Program-made: the position numbers and the translations under genes
NCBI GenBank assembly: GCA_963715985.1
Contig: CAVQSP010000009.1
Span: 64,001 to 128,000, forward strand
From: an uncultured Thermoleophilia bacterium
GTDB lineage: Bacteria > Actinomycetota > Thermoleophilia > UBA2241
DNA length: 64,000 bases
Direction: 5' to 3'
In this document: positions 22,755 through 32,863 of the stretch, piece after piece
How the letters are laid out: each line of letters begins with the position of its first letter
Position numbering within the stretch: the stretch's first letter is position 1
Notes under the pieces: generated by a model
What the model saw: only the letters and a program-made list of their open reading frames with translations
Database searches by the model: none
Told to the model about the DNA's origin: nothing

Positions 22755-25700
22755 GTGACGGGTCCCGGGCCTCTCTGCGCCTCCTGTGGAGCAGGCCTTC
22801 CCTCCGGTGCCCGCTTCTGCCCCTCCTGCGGCACGGCGCTCGTCGAACGCCCGAGCGCAGCGACGGAGCGCAAGGTCGTCACGACGCTCTTCGCAGACAT
22901 CGTCGGCTTCACGGCGCTCAGCGAGCAGTTCGACCCCGAGGACGTCGACGCCGGGCTGCGGGGTTACTTCGAGATGGCGCGGGCGACCGTCGAGCGCTTC
23001 GGTGGCAGCGTCGAGAAGTTCATCGGTGATGCCGTGGTCGGCGTGTTCGGCATCCCCACCGCTCATGAAGACGACGCCGAGCGCGCGGTACGGGCGGCCC
23101 TCGCGATCGTCGAGGGCATGGCTTCTCTCCCCCAGGTCGGGGACCACGCCCTGCAGGCGCGCGTCGGTGTCAACACAGGGCGCTCCCTTGTACGCCTCGA
23201 TGTGTCGTTCGGCTCCGGTGAGGGAGCGCTGGTCGGCGACGCGGTGAACACCGCCGCCAGGCTTCTCACGGCGGCGGCACCTATGAGCGTGGTCGTGGGC
23301 AAGCTGACACGTTCCCTTTCCGCGCGCGCCATCGAGTACGACCAGCTCGATCCGGTGACGGCCAAAGGCAAGTCCCAGCCTCTCGACGCTTGGCTCGCCA
23401 GGCGACCGATAGCCCGGCGCGGATCGACGGCCGGGGCGTGTCGCTTGCGCCACTCGTCGGCCGTGAGGTCGAGCTTGCCGTGCTCGAAGGACTGCTCGCA
23501 AAGGCCATCGCTTCTGCGACGGCCCAGTTCGCGCTGCTCGTCGGCGAGGCCGGCATCGGGAAGTCGCGGCTCGTTACCGAGTTCTTCCGGACGCTCGACG
23601 AGCGTCCGGGTTTCTTCTGCACCTGGCGACAGGGCCGGTGTCCACCCTACGGGGAGGATCTCGCCTATTGGCCGCTTCGCGAGATCGTCACTGCACACGC
23701 CGGCATCCTCCAGACAGACCGGCCTCATGTCGTCGAGAAGAAGCTCCGCCGGGCTCTCGGCGACATCGCCGATCACGAGTGGATGGTGACGCGCCTGCTT
23801 CCTCTCGTCGGACTACCGGCGGCACAGACCGAGCACGACGACAACTTCGCGGCCTGGCAGCTGCTCCTCGAGGGAATCGCCAGGAGGCAGCCCACGATCG
23901 TGGTCATCGAGGACATCCACTGGGCGACAGAGGCCACGCTCGCGTTCCTGGGCCACTTGATCCGAGGTGCGCCCGGCGTGCCCCTCCTATTCCTCTGGAC
24001 AGCCAGGCCCGAGTTCTTGAAGGCCCACGCCGAGTTCGCAGACACGTAAACGTGGTCACGCGCATCGATCTCAGGCGTTGGCGCGGCCGAGTCAGTCGAC
24101 TCGCAGTCCACCTGGCCACAGTGCGTGGCAGAAGCCACGTGGCGAAGGTGGTCGCTGAGGCCTGCGGTGGCAATCCCCTGCTCGCTGAGGAGCTGGCGTG
24201 GTACTTGGAGGACACGGTCCCCAGTCCGAAGAGAGAGTCAAGAATCGCGCCGCCGGCACGCCTTCCCCGACGCCAGAAGGCATCACCGCGCTGTCGGCGG
24301 CAGGCTCGACGCCCTCCACGCGGCGGAACGGGCGCTGCTCCTGGAAACAACGTCCTGGAGGTGTTTGGCCGGGTGCTGTCCAGCGGCGGATTCGGAAACT
24401 GCCGGCCTGAGCCGTTGCTCGACAGTCTCGTGAACCGCGAGTTCGTGGTACCCCGGGCCGCGTCGACACTGGCGAGCGAGGCCGAGTACGCCTTCCGGCA
24501 CGCCCTCACGCGGGATGTCGCCTATGAGCAGCTCACGCGCGACCGGCGCGCGCGCAAACACGCCCGAGTCGCCGGGTGGATCGAGACGGTGGCGCCACCC
24601 GGTGGCCTTGCGGACCTGCTTACGTACCACTACGAGGCCGCTCTCGACCTGGCCGTCGCTACGTCCGACGATGAGCTCGCCTCCGCCCTCATGCCGTCGA
24701 CCGCAAGCGCCCTGGAGGCCGCGGGCGATCGGCGTTCGCCCTCGACGTCGCCACCGCGCAACGGCGCTATTCGCGGGCTGCGGCGCTCGTCGACGCGCAC
24801 GAGGCAGGCAGGGGCCGCCTTCTGGGCAAGTGGGCGGACGCCCTCTGGGAGAGCGGCCGCGAGAGGGAGGCCCTGGACCGGCAAGACGAGGCTATCGCGG
24901 CTCTGGAGGCCGAGGGCCGCGAGGAGGAGGTGGCACTCGCGAGGACGGGAGGTCGCTCGACGGTTCGAGGTGGACAGCGGCGAGTGGCCGCGGCTGCCTG
25001 GGATCGCGGACGACCTGCTCCGGGACGGCAGCGAATCGGCCGGGCTCATCCCGTTGCTCGAGTACTGGGCCTACGTCTGCTTCTTCCGCGGCGACAGAGC
25101 GGCCGGCATGGCGGCCGCGACCAGAGCCATCGAGGTCGCGGCTCGGCTCGGCCTGCCCGCGTCCGTGAAGGGGCTCCGCTGAGGGGCGTCGGGAGGTGCG
25201 AAGACGGCGACCCGGCGGGGTTCGACGATCCTGCGTCCGCGTGGAAGAGGCCCACCACCGCGGCGCTGAGCGCTACGCGGCGTCGGTGAACATCAACCTC
25301 GCGGAGCAACTGTGTGCGACACGAGGACCTGCGGCGGCGGCCGAGATCTGCCGTCAGACCGTGGAGTGGGCACAACGGCGACACGATGGCTCTTCAGCCA
25401 GCGCCGCGTCCGCCGACCTGGCCTTCAACCTGCTCTGGTGCGGTGCGTGGGACGAAGCACTCGAGCTCACGGAGGCGCTCGAACCCCTCCTGGAGCAGCG
25501 GCGCCTCGAGGTCCTCGGCTTCGTCAGAGCCTCTTCAGCTCTGCTCCGGCTGCTCCGGGGTCGCCTCGACGAGGCCGAACTCCTTGCCGAAGCGGCCGAG
25601 GCGTTCTGCAGACCGCTCAAGCGGTTCGAGACCCGTAGTGTGAGCCTGCTGGCCCTGGCCATCGTCGAGATGAATGGCGACTTCGTCCAGGCACGCTGAC

Positions 25701-26134
25701 TCTGCGCGAGTGCGTCGAGCTGGAGGGAGGAGGCCGCGCACTGCCCGAGTACACACTACCGCTCTCGTGGGCCTGCCGGGTCGCCGTCAAGGCCGGCGAT
25801 GAACGACTGGCGCTGAGATTGACCGACGGCCTCGGTCCCCGCCCGCTCGATCGCTGCGTGCGGGCTTCGCTGGCGGCGACACTCGCGAGCGCGCACGGGG
25901 ACCCTACGGCGATTGACCAGTACGCCGACTCGGCCCGCCGCTGGGGGGAGCTCGGTGTGCCCTACGAACGCGGATGGGCGCTGCTCGGCCGGGCGCGAGC
26001 CCTCGCCAAGAGCGCGGGCGGGCGGGGTGCCGAGGACGATCTGCGCGCGGCCCATGCCGTCTTCTCCGCGCTCGGAGCCACACCCGCGCTCACGGCCGTC
26101 GAAGAGCTGCGGCACGCCCTCAGCGGACGTCTAG
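22755..26134 (+). CDS. Zinc ribbon + class III adenylate/guanylate cyclase + AAA/STAND ATPase + TPR-like protein (several frameshifts)
   Basis: CASCG...FCPSCG; ERKVVTTLFADIVGFT, EKFIGDAV, GDAVNTAARL; LVGREVEL, Walker A GEAGIGKSRL, Walker B VIEDIHWA; GGNPLL, YAFRHALTRDVAY; C-terminal helical repeats ending F.ALGA. Confidence 0.8.
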
Positions 26135-27939
26135 GCGAACAGCGCGAGACCGAGATACTGTCTCCCGACTGCGCCATGACCTTGAGCGAGACAAACCTCG
26201 CGAGTCGTTCGTCGAGGGTGTGCGCGCAGTCGGCGAAGCGGTCGCTGACGAGCCCCTCAAGCTGCTGGCGAGTGCGATCCGTCGCTGGCTCTGTAGATCG
26301 CCTCGTCACACGCATCAGGACGGCATCGGGGCGGTCGCAACGTCCGGATTCGCAGCGCGAGGCCGGCATCCGATTCTACCGCGCGGAGCTCTCCCTCCGT
26401 GCGGTGCCCGGCACGCCAGTCGTCGACTGCCTCGGTCAGCCGCGCGAGGTACGGCGAGGAGACGGACTGGTACTGTGCGTCGTCAGTGAAGAACAGGGCG
26501 ATCCGGGCTCAGGCTTGCCGCCGGGAAGGGGTACAGGTGCCGGTAGGGCGTCAGCGGGCGCAGGCGGTGCAGACCGTAGAGGGCGGGCTGCGCGAAGTAC
26601 GGACTGAAGCGAGGCACGAGCACGGGCCCGAGCTCCGACGGGGGCGGCAGGAATCTCACGGACCGCAGGAGATCCCAGGTCGCCGCGTAGTCCCCCTCAC
26701 TCTCCCGCGGGAACCCGCACAACATCGGCCAGCTTGGTTCCAGGCCGGACGCCCGGCACCACTTCAGGAAACGCAGGTTCTCCAGGCTCGTCGTCCCCTT
26801 GTTGGTACGGGCGAGGATGGTGTCGCTGAGGCTTTCGATGCCGCATTGCAGCTCGATGCGGGCTTGCCGCGCGAGATCCAGGATCCTCTCGTGACATCGT
26901 CGCGCGGACCTGGATGAGGAGCGGGACCGGCAGAGGTTCGTCGGCCAGCTCGGGCAGCACCCTGGAGAAGAAACTGGGCGGGACGACCATGTCGACGAGC
27001 TCGAGGTAGGACGCGTTGTTGGAAGCGGTGAGGAGCCGCGACTCGGCGAGGAAACGATGTGGTGATTTGGCCCGGTACGTGGTCCTGCTCCCATTGAGGC
27101 CGCAAAACGCACACGGGCTCTTCGCGGCCCACCAGCAACCGCGGGAGAGCTCCATCGCCAGCGCGGGCACGAACTGGTGCGCGTAGCCTGTCTCTCGCAG
27201 TTGCCGAAATACTCCGCGAAGTCCGGAGCGGGGAGCGTGTCAAGGTCAGGGACGACGACGGCCGAGCCTGTCGAGCGGGACCGGCCGCCGATCCTGTGGA
27301 CGACGCCCCGTATGCCGGGAATGGCTCCGGAGTCATGGTCGCGCAGGGCGCGGATCAGAGCAGGAAAGGAGACGTCCGCCTCGCCTGAGCACACGACGTC
27401 CACGAAGTGGAAGCGACGGTGCAGCTCGAGCCCCATCTCCCCTTCCCAGTTGCGCCCGCCGAACACGACGATCACGCGCGGGTGAGCTTCCTTGACGCGT
27501 CGCGCGAGCGCAAGTGACGCGAGGTTCTGACCGGAGTACGACGTGAAGCCGACGACGTCGTAGTCTCCCCACGGAACATCCGCCGCCAGCGACTGGACGA
27601 AGGTCTCAGCCCGCTCGCGCACCTCGAGCACCCATCGACGATGGCGCGCGGCAGCTTCCAGGTTCCGGAGAGCACCTCATCGACGTATTCGCGCCAGTAG
27701 CCATGCTGGGAACCATACAGGCTGCGCGCGAAGACCCATTCGGCCGCCAGCGCCCGCCACGAGATGCCCTCCGTCATGAAGCGATACTCCGGCAGTCCGA
27801 TCGTGCGCGCGAACGCGATGTTCGGGTAGAGGACGGAGCAAGACACTCCGGCGGCCTCCACCTCGGCCTTCAGGAGGCTGACGCCGAGGGCGGGTCGCTC
27901 GACGTCGGCAAACGGCATGCAGACGAGGGCGACGTTCAT
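26131..27939 (-). CDS. B12-binding radical SAM RiPP maturation protein (TIGR03975/PoyB-C-like methyltransferase; multiple frameshifts)
   Basis: VALVCMPF...RPALGVSLLKA; VVGFTS..GQNLASLALARRVK..P..VFGG.N.EGEMG; SRGCWWAAKSPCAFCGLNG (CX7CX2C); QCGIESLS..IL...KG; RFSPYF..P..YGL; C-terminal ..YLGLAL. Confidence 0.85.
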
Positions 27940-27946
27940 CTCTCGA

Positions 27947-27988
27947 ACGCGCCGTTGGGACGCCGCCCCGATCGCCGAATCGGCGCGT
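27947..27988 (-). other. Intergenic stem-loop between the GYD gene and the radical SAM gene
   Basis: ACGCGCCG (27947-27954) pairs with CGGCGCGT (27981-27988). Confidence 0.4.
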
Positions 27989-28003
27989 CTTTCGGGCAGA
28001 GCC

Positions 28004-28372
28004 TCAGATGTGGTAACGCCTGGATTCGACCTTGGCCAGGCGTGGGTCCGGCTCCTCGAGCGCGCTCATGGCCTGCGCCGCGGGCCGGGCAACGAGCGTG
28101 GTCGTTCTCAGGAGACCCTGCCGCGCCACGTAGTAGACGAGCTGCAGCATCGCCTCGTCGTGCAGCGATGATTGCACATGATGACGTACTCCCATTCGCG
28201 AGTGCCATATCAGCGCTGTCGATGTGACCGTCAGAGAGCTTCAGAAAGCAGCCAGCGACCCGGTGCAGGACCCCGGCCGGACCGTCTCGAGCGCGCCCTT
28301 GTCGGTGAGCTTCATGAGCACGATGTACCCGGGCTCGTGCACGTCAGCCGTCTGTGTGGGAACCTCTACCAT
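28004..28372 (-). CDS. GYD-domain small protein (~123 aa) with C-terminal extension; middle broken by compensating indels
   Basis: GAAGGAGG RBS then MVEVPTQTADVHEPGYIVLMKLTDKGA; alternative frames give GHIDSADMAL and EWEYVIMC; end LHDEAMLQLVYYVARQGLLRTTTLVA matches the GYD pattern as I recall it; tail EEPDPRLAKVESRRYHI. Confidence 0.7.
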
Positions 28373-28506
28373 GTCGCATCCTCCTTCTTCGTTGCAGAAC
28401 CGATGTGGAGCAGGAGCGCCCGGCCCGCATTACATGACGTCGTCCGAGGTCAGTCAACGTCGGGCCAGACCGCGCCCGCCGCGGCCGCGATGGCACAGCG
28501 CGGCAG

Positions 28507-29735
28507 CTATCCCGGCGGTCCAGCTCGTCCGCCAGCTGCTCCACGAACAGACCCACGTCGGTGACGATGCCGATGGCCTGGAACGACCCGCGGTCGGCGA
28601 GCTTGGTGACCACCGCGGGATTGATGTCGGCGCACACGGTGCGCACGCTGGCCGGCAGCATGTTGCCCACGGCGATGCTGTGCAGCATCGTGCTCAGCAT
28701 CAGGCAGGCGCCGGCCTCCTGCGCGTACCGGCGCATCTCGCGCTGGGCCGCCATGGAGTCGGTGATCACCTCGGGCAGGGGGCCGTCGTCGCGGATGCTG
28801 CCGGCGAGCACGAAGGGCGTGCCCGTCTTGACCAGCGTGTACATGAGGCCGCCGGTGACGATGCCCTGCTCCACGGCGGCGCGGATGCCGCCGCAGCGGC
28901 GCACCGTGTTGATGGCGCGCAGGTGGTGCTCGTGGCCGCCCTGCACAGCGGCGCCCTCGGTGAGATGGATGCCGAGGGAGGTGCCGAAGAGATCCGCCTC
29001 GATGTCGTGCGTGGCCACGGCGTTGCCGCCGAACACGGCGCCGATGTAGCCCGCCTCGATGAGGCGGGCCAGTTGTGGCGCCGCCCCGGTGTGCACCACG
29101 GCCGGGCCGACCACGGCGATGGTGAGCCGGCCCTCCTCCTTGACCTGGCGGAGGATGTGCGCCACCTCGTGCACGATCTGGGCCTTGGGCTTCTCGCTGC
29201 TCACAGCGGAGGCCATGAACTCGAACGGCTGGCTCTCGCGCGACCGCGCCAGAGGCAGCACGCGGATGCCGCGGTGCCCGGTGACGAAGAGGTCCTCGCC
29301 GCGCGCGTCGTTCATGGCCACGGTCTCCGCCGTGCCGGCAGCCGGGTCCACGCGGATACCGCAGTCCATCTCCGGGTGTGCTACGCGAATCCAGTCCCCG
29401 GCCACGCGCACGAAGGTGACGAGGTTGGTGGTGGAGTAGAAGCGCTCGGGGAAGACGCCGTCCAGGCCGGAGGCCTCGAGGACGGCGTCCTGCGGCCGCA
29501 CGGCCACCACACCGTAGTCGGTGATGGCCGTGAGCAGCTCGTCGAGGTGCGCGGCGTCGCGCCCGAAGATGCGCATCACGGCATTGGAGGGGTCGTTCTT
29601 CATGCGCCCGACCTCGAACGACAGCATCTCGAACTCGCCCTCGAGATCCATGACGCGGTCCATGATCTGCGGCATCATCAGCGAGTCGATGAGGTGGCCC
29701 TCGATCTGGACGTCTTCATACGGCAGGTCGGGCAT
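28507..29735 (-). CDS. TIGR00300-family protein (LOR/SDH conserved region; archaeal/ArgZ-type ornithine cyclodeaminase-like); assembled frame runs on to 28344
   Basis: EGHLIDS, DGVFPERFYSTTN, FEFMASAVSSEK, GPAVVHTG, GNAVATHDIE, LAGSIRDDGPLP, STMLHSIAVGNMLP, KLADRGSFQ. Confidence 0.88.
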
Positions 29736-29857
29736 GGTGCCTCCCGGTGACTGGGGCGCGTCGGGCGGGGCCGGCCCTCCGGGCCCCGCCCGCCCGCACA
29801 GTCTACCCTCCTGTGCGGCGAGGCGGCCCGCTGTGCGTGTGCTGCATGGGCGCCCGC

Positions 29858-30475
29858 CTACTCGTCCGCGAGGATCCAGACCATCGTCTCACCCGGACCG
29901 TGCACGCCGACGCACGACTCGTAGCCGATGTCCATGCTGCGACTGGGACCGGACATGAAGGTGATGCAGGCAGGCACGGCTTGCCCCGCCGCCGCGACGT
30001 CGTCGAGCACCTCGCCGAGCCGCGCGACGATGCGCGACGCCGGCAGGAAGAAGCCGACGACGGGCGGCAGCAGAGATGTGGTGCGCGGCGCGGCACCGTC
30101 GTGCCAGAGCACGACGGTGCCGGTCTCCGCGATGGCCCAGCGCGGCTCGTTGAGCCCGAAGGCGGCGGCGGCGAGCTCGCCGCCGCACAGCGTCTCGATG
30201 GCCGGCCAGCGCAACGCCGGCGGGCAGGTCAGCGGATCCAGCCGCCGCTCCGCCACGAGACGCTCAACGGTCAGCCGCGCTTCCTTACGGTCCGCCACTA
30301 CGACGGCCTCGCCGCCCAGATCGCGCAGCCGTTCCGCGAAGCGCCGCACGAGAGCTTCGCGGTCGGCCGCCGGAGGGACGGCGAGGCTCGGCCGGCGCGG
30401 AGCGGCCTGCGCCGGCGCTCCGCGCCGGCGGTGCAGCCTCGCGGCCAGACGGTCGAGCAGTGCCTCGCGGTCCAT
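29858..30475 (-). CDS. lutC: Lactate utilization protein C (LUD domain)
   Basis: AIAETGTVV, RTTSLLP, FMSGPSRSMDI....GVHGP. Confidence 0.88.
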   Translation of the reverse strand: MDREALLDRLAARLHRRRGAPAQAAPRRPSLAVPPAADREALVRRFAERLRDLGGEAVVVADRKEARLTVERLVAERRLDPLTCPPALRWPAIETLCGGELAAAAFGLNEPRWAIAETGTVVLWHDGAAPRTTSLLPPVVGFFLPASRIVARLGEVLDDVAAAGQAVPACITFMSGPSRSMDIGYESCVGVHGPGETMVWILADE

Positions 30476-30477
30476 CG

Positions 30478-31902
30478 CTACCTCTGCTCCTCGCACCGGG
30501 TCATGGCGTCGCGGTGGCGACGCCGAAAGCTCCGCAGGACCGGAGCGCGCAGGTCGCGCGCCGCCGTCCACTTGCCCAGAAGACCCGGCGCGGACCGCAC
30601 GAAGCCGTCCCGCGCAAACGGCCGCGCCAGCCACGCGGCGGCGCACACTCCGGCGTCCCACAGCGTGGGGCGCGCGGTCGCCGCGGCGTAGCCGCGGAAC
30701 CCCGCGCGCCAGCTCGCCGGCTGTCGTCCGCTCCGCACCGCGTCCGCGCGCAGCTCCAGGAGCAGATCGGTCAGCGGGACCCGTGCTGGGCAGGCGTCCC
30801 GGCAGGCGCCGCACAGGCTCGATGCGTACGGCAGCTCCACGTGACCGTCGAGCCCGTAGAGGAGCGGCGTGAGCACGGCGCCGATGGGGCCCGAGTACAC
30901 GGAGTCGTAGGCGTGCCCGCCGATGACGCCGTACACGGGGCAGAAGTCGGCGCAGCTCCCGCAGCGTACGCACTTGAGCACGGGCTCGTACTTGGTGCCG
31001 AGGATCCGCGAGCGGCCGTTGTCGACGAGCACCACGTGCAGCTCTTCCGGACCGTCGTCATCGCCCTCACGCCGCGGCCCCGTGATGGCCGAGACGTAGG
31101 TGGAGATGCGCTGCCCCGTGCCGGCCCGCGTCAGCAGGGTCAGGGCGCAGTCGAGGCTCTGCCAGTCGGGCAGCAATCGTTCGATGCCCATCACCACGAC
31201 GTGCGTGCGCGGCAGCGTCGTCGACAGGCGCCCGTTGCCCTCGTTCGTGACGAGGACCACCGTGCCGGTGCTGGCGATGCCGAAGTTGGCGCCGGAGATG
31301 CCGAGGTCGGCGGTCAGGAACTTCTCGCGCAGGCGCGCACGCGCGTAGGCCGCCAGGGCGTCGGCGTCGCGGGGCAGCTCCTCACCGGCCTCCCGGGAGA
31401 AGAGCTCGCGGATCTGGTCGAGCGTCATGTGCAAGGCCGGCGCGATGATGTGGTACGGGGCCTCGCCGGTGAGCTGGACGATGAACTCGCCGAGGTCCGT
31501 CTCCACGACCTCGATACCCGCCGCCTGCAGCGCGTCGTTGAGCTCGACCTCGGCGGTGACCATCGACTTGCTCTTGACGACGCGCCGTGCCCGAGCCTCG
31601 CGCGCCACGCCGAGGACGTAGTCGCGCGCCTCGGCGGCGGTCCCGGCCACGAACACGTGCCCGCCATGCCCCTCCACGTTGGCCGCGAACTGCTCCAGAT
31701 AGTGGTCCAGGTGAGCGACGGTGTGGGCCCGCACGTCCGACAGCTCGTCGCGCCAGGCCTCCACGTCGTCCAGCTCGCCGAGGACGGCATCGTGCGCCTC
31801 CTGGGCGAGCACCTGGAAGTCGGCGAGCCAGTGCTGCAGCCGCCGGTCGGAGAGCGTGCGGGCCACCGTGGCGTCGAACTTCTCGCGCTCCGGGCTCTTC
31901 AT
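30478..31902 (-). CDS. lutB: Lactate utilization Fe-S protein B
   Basis: VKSKSMVTAE, ETDLGEFIVQL, NEGNGRL, CVRCGSCADFCPVY, YSGPIG, ASSLCGACRDACP. Confidence 0.93.
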   Translation of the reverse strand: MKSPEREKFDATVARTLSDRRLQHWLADFQVLAQEAHDAVLGELDDVEAWRDELSDVRAHTVAHLDHYLEQFAANVEGHGGHVFVAGTAAEARDYVLGVAREARARRVVKSKSMVTAEVELNDALQAAGIEVVETDLGEFIVQLTGEAPYHIIAPALHMTLDQIRELFSREAGEELPRDADALAAYARARLREKFLTADLGISGANFGIASTGTVVLVTNEGNGRLSTTLPRTHVVVMGIERLLPDWQSLDCALTLLTRAGTGQRISTYVSAITGPRREGDDDGPEELHVVLVDNGRSRILGTKYEPVLKCVRCGSCADFCPVYGVIGGHAYDSVYSGPIGAVLTPLLYGLDGHVELPYASSLCGACRDACPARVPLTDLLLELRADAVRSGRQPASWRAGFRGYAAATARPTLWDAGVCAAAWLARPFARDGFVRSAPGLLGKWTAARDLRAPVLRSFRRRHRDAMTRCEEQR

Positions 31903-32624
31903 CCCGTCCATCCCTGGGCGAGGACCTCGGCCAGGTGCTTCACGGCGACGCGCGCGCCGCGCCGGCGTAGCCGGCCCTCGATGTTCATGAGGCAGCTCAT
32001 GTCCAGACCCACCAGGACGTCCGCGCCGGTCTCGAGCACGTGGTCGACCTTGCGATCCACGAGCGTCCCGGAGATCAGCGGCATCTTCACCGCGAACGTG
32101 CCGCCGAAGCCGCAGCACTCCTGTGCGCGGGGCAGCGGCCGGTACTCGAGCCCGTCGACCATGCCGAGCAGGCGCTCCGGCCCCTCCTTGACGCCGAGCA
32201 GGCGCAGGGTATGGCACGAGTGATGCATGGTCGCCACGACCGGACAGACGCTGGGCAGATCGGCGACCTCGAGCACGTCGACGAGGAACTGGGAGAACTC
32301 GTAGGTGCGGCCGGCCAGCGCCTCCGCCCGCCGGCGCTCCGGTCCGTCGGGAAACAGCGACGGGTAGTGGTGACGTACCATCGCCGCGCAGGACCCGGAC
32401 ACCGACACGACGTACTCGCTGCGCGCGAACGCGTCGATGAACGCCTGCGCGGACCGTCTGGCCTCGTCCGGGTAGCCGCTGTTGAAGGCCGGCTGGCCGC
32501 AGCACGTCTGGCCGCCCGGGAAGTCCACCTCGACGCCGAGACCGCGCAGCACTCTGACAGCGCTCTCCCCGACGGCGGGGTACAGGGCGTCGCCAAGACA
32601 GGTGATCATCAGCGACGCCTTCAA
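31899..32624 (-). CDS. lutA: Lactate utilization protein A (CCG domains)
   Basis: ITCLGD, QTCCGQPAFNSG, HSCH, ECCGFGGTFAVK, SCLMNI. Confidence 0.93.
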   Translation of the reverse strand: MKASLMITCLGDALYPAVGESAVRVLRGLGVEVDFPGGQTCCGQPAFNSGYPDEARRSAQAFIDAFARSEYVVSVSGSCAAMVRHHYPSLFPDGPERRRAEALAGRTYEFSQFLVDVLEVADLPSVCPVVATMHHSCHTLRLLGVKEGPERLLGMVDGLEYRPLPRAQECCGFGGTFAVKMPLISGTLVDRKVDHVLETGADVLVGLDMSCLMNIEGRLRRRGARVAVKHLAEVLAQGWTG

Positions 32625-32863
32625 ACGCCCCGGTCTCCTCTGCTCGTTCCGCCCGTCCGGCTACGCCCGCTCGCTCCTACCCTACCGGAAAGCGATGCGG
32701 TGGCGGCAGTCCCGAGGCTTGCCCGAGCCGTCCGTCGCCCTTCGGCCCGAGCGCTGCGCCTTAAGACGCCCCGGCCTTGACACCTCCGGGTGGGTCCGAC
32801 AGTCTCCGCGCAACCCTGCAAAGCGGAGGGCCGGGGGCAGGCCGCCGCGGAAGGAGCGTCTCC

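Noticed and set aside
28239-28245. In-frame TGA in the 28372-28004 frame as possible selenocysteine
   Set aside because: The GYD-like sequence continues in the other two frames around it; three compensating indels explain it better and there is no redox-motif context
22550-28500. Integrase or att-bounded mobile element
   Set aside because: No integrase, transposase, tRNA or flanking direct repeats seen
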